From NCBI RefSeq assembly GCF_030144855.1, contig NC_082712.1:90086001-90150000 (forward strand): 64,000 nucleotides of DNA, given 5' to 3'. The position numbers were made by a program, and so were the translations under genes. The stretch is from Hypanus sabinus. Lineage: Eukaryota. Every line of letters starts with the position of its first letter. The stretch's first letter is position 1. Below are positions 50,011 to 62,144 of this stretch, one piece after another. The notes below the pieces were generated by a model. The model saw only the letters and a program-made list of their open reading frames with translations, ran no database searches and was not told the origin of the DNA.

Positions 50011-51300
50011 CAGTTGTCTGATAGGGGACCCCAGAGACCAAGTTCACAGAAGACACACAGAGCCTGAGTGACACCTTCCTGAATGAGAAGAGGTGGGAAA
50101 AACAATGGGCAATGGATGAGGACACAGCGAAGACACGGGTGGGACACGGATGGTGAGGCAGAAGTCACATGCAAAGATTCACTTTAACTAGAGTTGGGGA
50201 GTTCTGGCATCAGTTCCTAAACGAACAGGCACACAACATCTTGTCTTTTGAAGTGCTTGCTTCAGATTATATGTACAAGACCTGAAACCAAAAGAAGAAG
50301 AATCATTCATGCTTTAACCAATAATATTTGCTCATAAATATGCCAACCCCACATTATCCTCCGATTTACTATTCACAAGGGATGGATGTGGGTTATAAAG
50401 ATTATTGCCGTTGGATTAGGGACAAGAATGTTCAAAACTGTCTTGGAGCTGCACAGTACAGGAAAAGGCCATTCAGCCCTCAATATCCATGTGACCATCT
50501 GTACTAATCCTCCAGATGCATTCAGTGGCCACTTTACTGAGTACATCTGTACACCTGATCTCTGCAAACATTTAATCAGCCAGTCATGTGCAGTAACTCA
50601 AAGCATAAAGGTATGCAGACATGTACTATGGTGATGATAATAAACCAAGAAAAACAAAGACTGCAGATGCCACAATCCTGAGCAAAAGACGGACTGAACT
50701 TTATTTTAACCTGCACTGCACTGTCGGTGCAACTGTAATAATACACCCTGCAGAGCATACTCAAAATGCTGGAGGAACCCAGCAGGTCAGGCACCATCTA
50801 TGGAAATTAATAAACTTGACATTTCGGACCCTGACCTGATAAAGGGCCTCGGCCCAAATTGTCAATGTTTTCTTCCATAGTTCCTCCAGCATTTTGTGTG
50901 CGTTGCAAGGGTGGCATGGTAGTGTATTGCTTTACAGTACAGGCAACCCAGGTTCAACTCCCACCACTGTCTGTAAGGAGGTTGTACGTTCTCCGCATGG
51001 CCACGTGGGTTCCCTCCGGGTGCTCCGGTTTCCTCCCACAGTCCAAAGGCTTACTGATTGGTAGGTTAATTGGTCATTATACATTTTCCTGTGATTCGGC
51101 TAGGATCAAATCAGGGGATGGCTGAACGACATGGTTCAAAGGGCCAAAAGCACATATTCTGTGCTGTATCTGTATGGATGAATTGCCAGTTTAATACTAT
51201 ATCTCAGTTTGAAAAACTATATTGTCTGTTTATGACACAGAGTCTACAACCCCCAGTGGGAGAACCTTCACCAGAAGGACTGCAGAAGCCAAGTAGGCCG

Positions 51301-54300
51301 TGTTAGATACCACTGCTTTTAATGCTTTTTGTAAGAGAAATTAATGTGAGACTGAAGTTGTAGTTTAGTCATTTGTACTTTCTAACAAACTTGTATTTTT
51401 CACAGTATGTGTGGCTCATCCCCACTCACTGGCAGAAAGCAGTATAGCAGCTAAACTAGCGATGTATCACTTTTCTCATTTTTCATTGGCTAAGTATTTG
51501 CACATTACCCATGTGATGTAATTGTGTAACCTTTTGACTAGTTTACTTCTATCTATGGAATTTTCCCTTGCTTGGCTATAAAACTGCTGGCTTTTTCAGA
51601 GGTGCTGTCTTTTTATCTTCACATTCTTTGCTGTTCATTTATGCCTTAGCATTGTTTCTCAGCTCTTTATTTTGTTTGTTTACTACTTGTATGTTTGCTT
51701 GTACTTAAAAATAAATTATCTTTACAATGAAGACTCCTCGTCATTCCTGACTCCTGGAAGAGAAAAAAGTGAATGAAGAAAGGAAGCTTTAAGCGTGCAG
51801 CTGGGAGATAAGACATTCCTCCATTCCTTAATTGTCCAAGAACAAATATCTCTGGTATACTGTTTAAAGGGAGTTTAAGAGTGATCGGACTCTATTTATT
51901 TGTACCAAACTTTTTCGTGATTGTACAACCTGAGTGAGGCCAGTATAAATGATTGAAAACCTGAGTTTGATATTATAGTCACAATGTGGTTGTCGGACAT
52001 GAAGCCAACAAAAGCTTTAAAATATTGGACAGATGTTTGTTTGGTTGTAACCTGATATTACAGTCACCATGGAGTTGTGAGATTTTTGACGTCTAGAAAT
52101 GAAGAGTGCTCCTTAAAGATCAAACTAATGCAATGACCAAAGCTTTGAAACAAACTAGTGGGTCCCTTGAATTCCCAGCTGAGAGGGAAAAGTTCAGTAC
52201 AATCTCAGAGGTTACTTAAGGGATGCAGATAAATGTGATACCATACTATGAAATATACTATTGATGCTAAGTCTAGTGAAGATTGGCTTATAAGTGATGT
52301 TGAATCGATATGCCGGAAGATCAGAAAGGTCGGGAACTTAAGAAGCAGCTTGGGTGCTAAAGGCCTTAAGTAAGCTGCATAAAGGCAAGTGTCCTGACAG
52401 GCAAGAACAAATAGATACTTTAAATTGCAAACACACTGATTTAGAAAACCAATTAGATGAAAAGGAAAGATGCATAACATTCTAAAACAACAGTATGAAG
52501 AGGATAATTGATCAACCAAAAAAGCAAATCACTGCATTAATGGAGTGGGTGCAAAACCAGCAGGCCAAGAATGCCATTAGTCAGAAGCTCTATTTAAAAT
52601 TTGCAAAGTGAAATGAGGCAAATCTGCACAGGATCTGGAGGACCTTCGGGGGTGGGGGGGCAGTTTAGCCAACTCAGTGGGCAGTGTTAACTGTGACGTC
52701 AATCATGTTGAAAGGCAGCCGACGCTGACGAGTCCTCAGAAACAGCGACATCTTGGGAACTCCAAGGAACTGCAAAGTGATACTGACTCAGTAGAGACCT
52801 CTAGTGGCTCAGGTGATGATGACAGTACAGTAATGAGGTAATTGGTCTTGCAGCCGTGGCAAGACTTGGCCCAGTAAAAACTAAGACAGTGAAAACACGC
52901 AAGAATGACGATGGAGAGTATGAAAGGAAAAAGGAGGTTTGTCATCAGCCACCAGATCTAGAAAATAATTGACAAATAGTCCAAGGAATTTCCACATCCT
53001 AAAAAGAGTAGCTTAAAGACTTGGGCTGAACTTCAACAAATTAATAGTATATACAGATTTAATCTATGTGATGGCTTTCAAATTTTTAGTTCCCATGCTA
53101 ATAACTCAACAATTAAAACAATTGACATGGCAAGTTGAAGATTGTATTGGAGAGGATAAACAGAATTTACCAGCTGGTTGTGAAGCAATTAGGGCATTGT
53201 TAGAGGTATAAGCCCCAAGCAAGATTGATTGGAAGAAAGTGACCAATTGCAAACATAAGCCTTCAGAGGATGTTTCTGAGCGTGAAAGCCGCTATAGGAC
53301 AATTTGGCTCAGTTACTCAGGGGTCCCAGGAATAAACAAAGATTATCAAAGAGGCTATATGTGGCCCTCTCAAGCTGACTTTCATGGATGGTTTGAAACC
53401 AGATGTTGCAAAAATGGTGAAGGTAATAAAAGCAAATTGTTACAATACTACTGTTTCCTGCAGTGAACTGGTACAAGCAAGTGGAGCGGGATATCAACGT
53501 CCAAATAAGATTGATACAGAGGGATCAACAGTCTCCACCTGCTAACCAGCAGAACAAGTGGAACTGAATATGCAAATTATGTGGTAGAACAGGACATTGG
53601 GTGAGATCTTCTTGGCCTAAGAAATCAACTTCACCACAAGGGCAACAGCAAACTCAGCCCTCGACCTCAAGGAAACAAAACTGTTGATTGGATGGCACAA
53701 CTTCGGGCTACAATTGCAGAAGTAATGGAGACATTAAGAAGGTGGTAAAAATGACGAGGCCTAGTCCTGCAACCTTCATCTGCAGTGGTAGAGCAAAAGT
53801 CTGATGGCTTATGTACACTGCTGTCAGTGGACATGGATGATAATGATAATCGTGACTGTGCAAGAACAATAACGTGCCAGGAAGATGCAAATTATCATCA
53901 AGTGTCTTTGCTGAGCCCAGTTCTGATTCTGTACACTGATGGCTCCTCAACCATTGAGGGAGGAATTCAAACGGTTGGTTAGGCTGTTGTCACTGAAAGT
54001 GAAGGGATAGCCTCAGGAAACATGGCTCCTGGTACCTCTGCACCACAGGCTGGACTGAAAGCTTTAACTGAAACCTGTAGGCAGGCAGAAGGAAGATCAA
54101 CTAATATCTACATATTCTCAGTACACTTTCAGAGTTGTTCATGACTTTGGAAATTTATGGAGACAGAGGATTTACAGCCATGGGAGCTCTGGACAAGAAT
54201 GAACTAGTACAAGAAGTCAGGGAAGTCATGCAACTACCATCTGAAGTTACAGTATTAAAAATTAAAATACAGTATCTAAAACGGCCACAATGGAAAGCCC

Positions 54301-56757
54301 ATGGAAAGATAAAACTGCAAAATGAGCAGCGAGAGAAGGAATAAACAAAATTGAAGAAATGGAAGAAAACCCAATAACGGGAACCAAGTTTAACACTGCG
54401 TCACAGACGAACATACAAGATATTCGAGAAACGCAAAATCAGTGTTCAAATGAAGAAAAGTGTTACTGGATGGAAAATGGTGGGCTATTAAACGATGATG
54501 GGGCATGAGATAGGGCACCAGTCAGAGACTGGCAGCCCCAGCTGAGCTGCTTCCTTACCTGGCACAGCAGATTCACATTGGTCGACAGATACTCCCAATG
54601 GTGGTGGAACCCAAAAGTGGTGCAATACAAGCTCAACAAAGAGTTGAAAGATGTATGACGTGCCAGAAAACAAATACCAGCTCAACAGAGAAGCTACCCC
54701 AGTTAAGTTCTCCTGCCTCACTTGGTCCATTTCTGCATCTACAGGTGGACTACATTACTTTACCAAAGTGCCAAAGATATTCAGACATGTTACTATCAGT
54801 GGGCAATTTTCCAAGATGGATGGATGCCATCCTAGTGAGAACAGCTACTGCCACACACACAGCCAAAAGTCTGTTTAAGGACTAAACTCCTAGATGAGGA
54901 CTGACATGCCATATCAACTCTGACGAAGGAAGACATTTCATTGGAAATATTTGTTAAGAATGATGTTGACTGATGAACATTGAACATTGCTCACATCATT
55001 CATAGTCATCAGGGCAAGTTGAAAGACAGACAGACATACTTTATTGATCCCGAGGGAAACTGGGTTTCGTTACAGCTGCACCAACCAAGAATAGTGAAGA
55101 AATATAGCAATATAAAACCATAAGTAATTAAATCATAATGAGTTAATTATGCCAAGTGGAAACCAGTCCAGGACCAGCCTATTGGCTCAGGGTGTTTGAC
55201 ACTCTGAGGGAGGAGTTGTAAAGTTTGATGGCCACAGGCAGGAATGACTTCCTATGACACTCAGTGTTGCATTTCGGTGGAATGAGTCTCTGGCTGAATG
55301 TACTCCTGTGCCTAACCAGTACATCATGGAGTGGATGGGAGTCATTGTCCAAGATGGCATGCAACTTAGACAGCATCCTCTTTTCAGACACCACCGTCAG
55401 AAAGTCCAGTTCCAACCCCACAACATCACTAGCCTTACGAATAAGTTTGTTGATTCTGTTGGTGTCTGCTACCCTCAGCCTGCTGCCCCAGCACACAACA
55501 GCAAACATGATAGCACTGGCCACCACAGACTCATAGAACGTCCTCAGCATCGTCTGGCAGATGTTAAAGGACCTCAGTCTCCTCAGGAAATAGAGACGGC
55601 TCTGACCCTTCTTGTAGACCTTTGGTTTTATGCAGCATCGAGGCAGTCCCAAACAAGAAAACAAAACCGAGTCCAGCTGAAGTGGTGACAAGGCGACCTA
55701 TGTCACTACCAGGAGCTCCCGATCTCAGAGAGACTGATATACATGCTGCGTAGGATAGTTTCATTGATATTTGTGTAAAACTAACGTCTGCTTCTCAATA
55801 GGCTTCTGCTGCTTGGAGTGGTCCATTGGAATAAGGACACGCCTTGATCCCTGGAGAGTGGGTCCGGAACAAGAAACCACATAAGAACTCCCGGGAACTC
55901 GGTGGGAAGGTCAAGCATTGTTAATTACTAATTCAGCAGTTACCGTAGAAGATAAAAGTAAGTGGATACGCACCAGCCACTGCTAGCAAGCTAAAGTGAC
56001 TCCAGATTAAGACAAGAATTGTGGGAAGACTTCAAGCATAAATATAATTATTGGATATTTTTATAGGATATTAATATCATAATCTACATCTTTTGTGTTT
56101 GTTTAAAAGCAGTTATTACTAGAATGGCTCAATCTCATATAAATTCCAAATGCATCCAGTCATGATGCAGTACTCTAAGTGTTTTTGGGAAGTCGATTTT
56201 GCTTACTCTGATAGTTTAAGTGTCTTCTGCCTCTGAATTTTTAGATCTGATTCTATGAGGGATTCTGAAGATTCAGAGTCTCTTACAGAATTGGTGGGGG
56301 GGGGTGCAACCAGTTGGAAACCACTGTTTTTTTAAAATACTAAAAATGAATTAACGTAAGACTAAAGGCGTAGTTTAATCGCTTGTGCTTCCTAACAGGC
56401 TCGTGCATTTTTCACAGTATGTGGTGGTTTGTTCCCTCTTATCAGCAGGAAGCTGTTCAGCAGTTAAACTGGCGGTCTATCGCCTTTCTAACTTTTAATC
56501 AGCTAATGATGGGCACATCACACACGTGATGTAATTGCTTTAATTATGTAGCCTGTTAACTAGTTAGATCTACCTAGGAATTTTCCTTATCTTGATGATA
56601 AAAGTGATGGCTTTTTCAGAGGTACCATCTCTGTCTTCATTTTCTTTGCCATTTATTTACCTCTTAGCATCATTTCTCAGCTCTTTATTTAGTTTGCTTA
56701 TTTGCTTAAAGTACGTTATTTGTACTTTAAAATAAACAATCGTTGGAAGAATCCTAA
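51301..56757 (+). mobile_element. Class I (epsilon/gamma-like) endogenous retrovirus, protease/RT deleted, env mostly deleted
   Basis: Diverged LTR pair (~51301-51760 and ~56312-56757) with TATA-like and AATAAA signals, and a G-run PPT before the 3' LTR. Gag KIDWKKVTNCKHKPSED..YSG; RNase H LYTDGSS..VVHDFGNLW; integrase CMTCQK..GPFLHLQVDYITLP; C-terminal RWEG..KWIRTSHC. Confidence 0.85.
55026..55617 (-). mobile_element. Rex1/Babar LINE 3' fragment inserted in the ERV integrase
   Basis: ORF QSRLYFLRRLRSFNIC..HPLH..KSFLPVAIKLYN. Confidence 0.9.
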
Positions 56758-57344
56758 GGATCAGAAAATAAATATTCAACGGTAGCACACCTCCACCTTC
56801 TCAAGCTGCAATCAATAATGGCTAGGGAGCAATATTTATGATCCAAAGAGTGAATACTGATGAAAGCAAAAAGAAAATCATGAGCAGGACCATTTCACTT
56901 AGGAGCAAAATTAGGCTATTCGGCCCATCAAGTCTGCTCGAGTCATCCCACCATGACTGATTTGTTACCTCTCAACACCATTTTCCTGGCTTCTCCCTGT
57001 AAGCTTTGAGACCCTATCAATTTCAGCTTTAAATATATCCAAGGACCTGCCCTCCGCAGCCATGTGTACCAATAATTCAACAAATTCACCGCCCTCTGGC
57101 TAAAGCTATTCTTCCTCCCCTCGACTCTAAAATGACATCCTTGCATTCTACGGCATTATAGGGAACACCCTCTTTATATCCATGAGACCTTCCGATATTC
57201 AATAGGTTCTAATAAGATTTCCACCTCTCCCCCCACCCCCATTCCAGTGAGTTCAGGTCCAGTGCCATCACTCACTCCCCGTAAGGGATGAGCAGCATTT
57301 GTGGGAGGAAAGGAATTCTCAATGTTTTGGGTCAAAACCCTGAA

Positions 57345-58065
57345 CCTGGGCTGTGATCGAAGAGCACAGAGCCATCAGTCACTGAAAGTAAGCATGCAGG
57401 TACAGCAGGCAGTGAAGAAAGCTAATGGCATGTTGGCCTTCATAACAAGGGGAGTTGAGTATAGGAGCAAAGAGGTCCTTCTGCAGTTGTACAGGGCCCT
57501 GGTGAGACCACACCTGGAGTATTGTGTTCAGTTTTGGTCTCCAAATTTGAGGAAGGACATTCCTGCTATTGAGGGAGTGCACCGTAGGTTCATGAGGTTG
57601 ATTCCCGGGATGGCGGGACTGTCATATGTTAAAAGATTGGAGCGACTGGGCTTGTATACACTGGAATTTAGAAGGATGAGAAGGGATCTGATTGAACCAT
57701 ATAAGTTTATTTAGGGATTGGACAAGCTAGAGGCAGGAAACATGTTCCCGAGGTTGAGGGAGTCCCGAAACAGAGGACACAGTTTAAGAATGAGGGGTGG
57801 GCCATTTAGGACAGAGTTGAGGAAAAACTTTTTCATCCAGAGAGTTGTGGGTCTATGGAATGCTCTGCCTCAGAAGGCAGTGGAGGCCAATTCTCTGGAT
57901 GCTTTCAAGAAAGAGTTAGATAGAGCTCTTAAAGATAGCGGAGTCAGGGGATATGGGGAGAAGGCAGAAACGGGGTACTGATTGTGGACGATCAACCATG
58001 ATCACATTGAATGGCAGTGCTGGCTCAAAGGGCCAAATGGCCTACTCCTGCACCTACTGTCTATA
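57345..58065 (+). mobile_element. CR1 3' end, well preserved
   Basis: ORFs KKANGMLAFITRGVEYRSKEVLLQLYRALVRPHLEYCVQFWSP and FFIQRVVGLWNALP; CR1 3' tail. Confidence 0.92.
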
Positions 58066-58889
58066 ATCACTCCCCATACGCTAACCCGTTCATTCCTGCG
58101 ATCATTCTTGTGAACCTCCTCGGGACCTCTGGAACCTCTCCGTTGCCACCATGTGGCCATTTAGACCTCTCAAGGTTGCTCAGCCTTTCCTTGCCGATCA
58201 CAAACTCCTCTTCTGAGCCTGTTCCCCATAAACCTCAATCCCTCAACCTGTCCAAATATTTATCTCTGTTCATTGTAATTATATCGACTGATCCAGCCTT
58301 CGTCCTCCCTCAGGGGCAGACACTTCCAGAGGTCAAATACCCTCTGATAGAAGACCTAATTTCAAAATGATCACCATCTAATCCTGTAGCATTGTCCCCT
58401 TGTTCAAGACTCTCCCACTGGTGGAAGTATCTCAACATCTCCTCTGTCAAGACTGGGGATCAAATTACTTATAAAATGGAAATTCTATTTGTTAGAAAAT
58501 ATAAATAAAAGTCCTGTTGGACATATTAATCAATGTCATTCATTAACTGAATTCAGAGCGTAAGGTAAAGTCAGACACGAATGGAGTTACACCAGTAAAC
58601 CCTGCAACATACTATGGCAATATTTAGTGGCATTTAAACAGGAGGAGGTTGAGGGGATCTAGACCACATGCAGAATGGGATTATGTTCGATTAGCAGCAT
58701 GGTCAGCACAGACTTTGAGGACTGAAGAGCCTGTTCCTGTGGGGCAAGGGTTGGGGAGGGAGGGGGAGGAGAGAAATGAGGAGAGAGAGACAGGGAGGTG
58801 GAAGGTAGAAGCAATTTCATAGACCTTCTGGCCATGCCCCCTACGCCAGCCCACCCCCACACACCTGACACGTTCTGTTCCGGATCCCA

Positions 58890-58963
58890 TCAGCTGAAGA
58901 AGGATCCAAGTGCCAGGCCGATGAAGAGGAGTACACTGGGCCCAAACACGACACTGGCAGCAT
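58890..58963 (-). CDS. Terminal hydrophobic exon, putative GPI-anchor signal of the single-IgV gene
   Basis: Acceptor CTGTCTCTCATTGTGCAG; phase 1 gives DAASVVFGPSVLLFIGLALGSFFS*, in frame with the V exon donor. Confidence 0.65.
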
Positions 58964-59677
58964 CTGCACAATGAGAGACAGTCTCACCACCTCACTCGAC
59001 CTGTCCACACACCCTCCACCCCCAATGTCTGCCCCCATGACGAGGCAGCTCCCAACCAAACTGCAGGAGACCCACCCACCCCCAACAGCGAGGGAGCAAA
59101 TGAGGTGAAACCCGGGGCGAGGACAGAGAGGAGCGTAGAGGATTGAGGGACAGGGTGGGGAATCGGGAGAGGGAGGGGCAAGGGGTTAAAGTCTGGGAAG
59201 TCTGTGAAGCAGGATCTGGGATGGTTGGGTGGGGGAGAGGAAGGGATAGTGTGAGGGAGTGGGATGAAGGGAGGAGGGGATGGAGGAAGGAAGGGAGTGT
59301 GGAGGGAGGGAAGGAGAGAGGGGTGAGGGAAGAGGGGAAATAGAGGAGTGAAATGGGGATTGGAGTGGGGGAGATGAGGAAAACAGGGTGAGGTTCGGGA
59401 TACCCCTTCCCCTCCTTCACCCTCATTGGTAGAACAACGGTTACACTGAGACCTCATTATCCAGCCACACTCTCCCCCACCCTCTCCATCCCCATCCCCT
59501 TCTTTCCTAAACTCTCCACCACCAACCTTTCCACTAACCACTCCCTTGTACTCCCACCACTTCCCTCACAACCCCCACCCATTCCTCACCCCTCTGCCCC
59601 ATCAACTCCCCCCTCTAGTCATTTCCAGGTGCAGAATGAGATGCTTCCCACAGTCAAAGAGCCACCGAGGGACCCAC

Positions 59678-60028
59678 CAGTGACAGTCAGTTTGATGGTA
59701 TTACAGATGCTGGAGAATTGTGGCCGATTGGTGTTCACCCTGCATTGGTAGGTGCCAGTGTCATTCAGAGTGAGCCCGGTCAGATTCAGCAGGGGCTCCC
59801 TCTTGTCGAACCAGTTGGCGGCCATGGAGGTGCGGTCCGCATACATGCGGTCCTGCTTCTTCTGCTCCTGTGGGTTTGTGTCGTGCACCACCACGTGGTC
59901 CTTCTGCCAGGTTGCCCGCTTCACCTCGGGCACCACCCCTGTCCAGTTGAACTGGCAGGGCAGTAGGACCCAGGAGCCACTCGGCACGTCGATGTCTTCC
60001 TTCTGCTTGTTGTTGCATTGGAGCCCCG
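59678..60028 (-). CDS. Intact IgV exon, B7/butyrophilin-like
   Basis: 351-bp phase 1-1 exon (AG / GTGGGT): GLQCNNKQKEDIDVPSGSWVLLPCQFNWTGVVPEVKRATWQKDHVVVHDTNPQEQKKQDRMYADRTSMAANWFDKREPLLNLTGLTLNDTGTYQCRVNTNRPQFSSICNTIKLTVT; canonical C-W-C and DTGTYQC. Confidence 0.9.
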
Positions 60029-60089
60029 CTGGAATGGGGCACAGGTATGTCAGTAGAGAAAGCAGTACTGGGTCACACTTGTACCCGGT

Positions 60090-60900
60090 GTCACACTCAC
60101 AGCCAGCCACATTCACACCAAAGTTACACTCACATTGTGGCACATTCACACTCAGTCGCACGCACACGGTGTACTGTATAACATTCACACTACACCATAC
60201 TCACACCCGAAGTCACGCTCACACTGGGTCACACACACAGGGCATTCTCATAGTGTCCACGCTCATACCCAGAGCCACACTCATGGTGTCAAACGCACAC
60301 TGAGTCACTTGCACCCAGCGTCATACATACAAGCGTCACAAAAACCCAGAGTCACAATCACACTCATCATACTCACACCTGGAGTCCACTCACACTGGTC
60401 CATGCACACAGTGTATCATACTCACACCTGATGTCACGCTCACACTGGGCCACATACACTGGCTACACAAACACCCAGGGTCACTCAGTGTCACTACCAC
60501 ACCTGTGTCACACTCACACAGAGTCACACTCATCCAGTTTCACACCCAACGTTACTCTCACACATAGAGCCCTGCTCTGTGTGTGACACTAATGTGACAC
60601 ACTGGTGTGTCACACTAATACTGTGTCACAATCACACAGGAGGTCACACTCACACCCAGATTCACACTCAAACAGTGTCACATGCTGTGCCACAATTACA
60701 CAGGTGTCACACTCAGCATCACAGCCTTACTGTGTCACACACACACACACACACACATCACAATCACACCCAGAGTCACACTTACATTCAAGAGTCACTC
60801 AAACAGTGTCACACTCACACCCAGAGTCACTCACACACAGGTGTCATGCTCACACAGGTATCACACTCACACTGGGCTACACACACACTGTGTCACATTC
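60090..60900. repeat. CA-rich complex low-complexity repeat (CACACTCACACCCAGAGT-like)
   Basis: Direct reading; source of His/Thr-rich spurious ORFs. Confidence 0.9.
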
Positions 60901-62144
60901 CCACTGTGTTACTGGGTCAAATTCAAAGTAAGTTTATCAAAATGCATACATGTCACCATATACAACCCTGAGATTCATTTTCCTGCAGCAATCTCAATAA
61001 ATCCATAGAATAATAACTCCAATAGAATCAATGAAAGACTGCACCAAATTGGGTGTTCTACTAGCGTGCAACAGACAAAACTGGGCAAGTACTAAAAGAA
61101 TAAATAATAATAATGATAATAAATAAGCAATAAATATTGCATGGCATTGTTTATGTTGTCAAAAATTCTAGTGTATCTCTTTATTTTGTAGCAAATGGCT
61201 ACAAGAAATGAATCTCAAGGTTGTGTATGGTAACTCTGATAATAAGTTTTACATTTGTGACTCTACCTAAACCAATTCATTTCTCTCTTTCTCACCTCCA
61301 ATGAAGAGTGTCAGACCTGAAACATTGACTTTGTTTCTCTCTCCATGGACGCTGCCCAGCCTGCTGGCTGCTGCATGGTTAGCCCAAATGCAGGCAGATG
61401 GGACTAACTCAGAAGGCACTGTGTTCGGCATAAACGAATTGGACTGAAGGGTCTATTTCAATGATGTATGATTCTATGATACATCAGTCACCTTGATGGA
61501 CATGGCACAGTGCCAATCAGAAGATGAATCACTTAACTATTAACATTCAAAATGCTTGCCCCTTACCTTCTTTTATTCCTCCCTTCCCCCCAACCTTCTG
61601 ATTCTCCTCTGAGCCTCCCAGTTATGTCTCCTTTGCCAGGCACCCATCCGCCCCTGCCCTTCATTCATCTCTGTCTCCATCCAGACATGTCCCACACAGG
61701 ATCTTTTCCCCTCCACTGCTCCCCCGAACAATTGCTGTACACCTCTCACTGGATTCTATCTCCCTCCAGCAGGAGGTGCCACACCCCCACCTCCTCGCTC
61801 AGTCTGTATTAATCATATAACAAATAATCACATAACAATTACAGCACAGAAACAGGCCATCTTGGCCCTTCTAGTCCGTTCCGTTTATTTTCTCCCTTCT
61901 AACCTCTCTCTCGCCCTCTTTGCCCCTCTTTGTCTGCCTCTATCCATCATTCATCTGTCAATGTCTCAGGTAGGGGGGAAGGAGAGTGGGTGGAGTTGGG
62001 AGAAATTGACAGATGAATGATTCTGCTCAAAACTTGGGGTTAACATATGAGGAGTATTTTAATGCTTTGGTCTTGTGCCCGCTGGAGTTTAGAAGAATGA
62101 GGGAGGATCTCATTGAAACCTATCAAATATTGTAAGGCCTAGAC

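Noticed and set aside
49547-50071. Long hydrophobic ORFs (174, 134 and 124 aa)
   Set aside because: Artefacts of the CT-rich low-complexity tract.
59010-59070. Extra exon between V and the GPI-like exon (VWLGAASSWGQTLGVEGVWT)
   Set aside because: Donor GTCGAG is poor, and the direct V-to-58963 splice is already in frame.
60306-60346. Perfect RSS nonamer ACAAAAACC near the V exon
   Set aside because: No heptamer at 12 or 23 bp spacing, it lies in CA-rich repeat, and the V exon already includes its G strand and a splice donor, so it is non-rearranging.
60135-61008. His/Thr-rich ORFs
   Set aside because: Artefacts of the CA-rich repeat.
61320-61830. Leader exon for the B7-like gene
   Set aside because: Candidate GT donors here are not preceded by an ATG-initiated hydrophobic peptide; leader not identified in the window.
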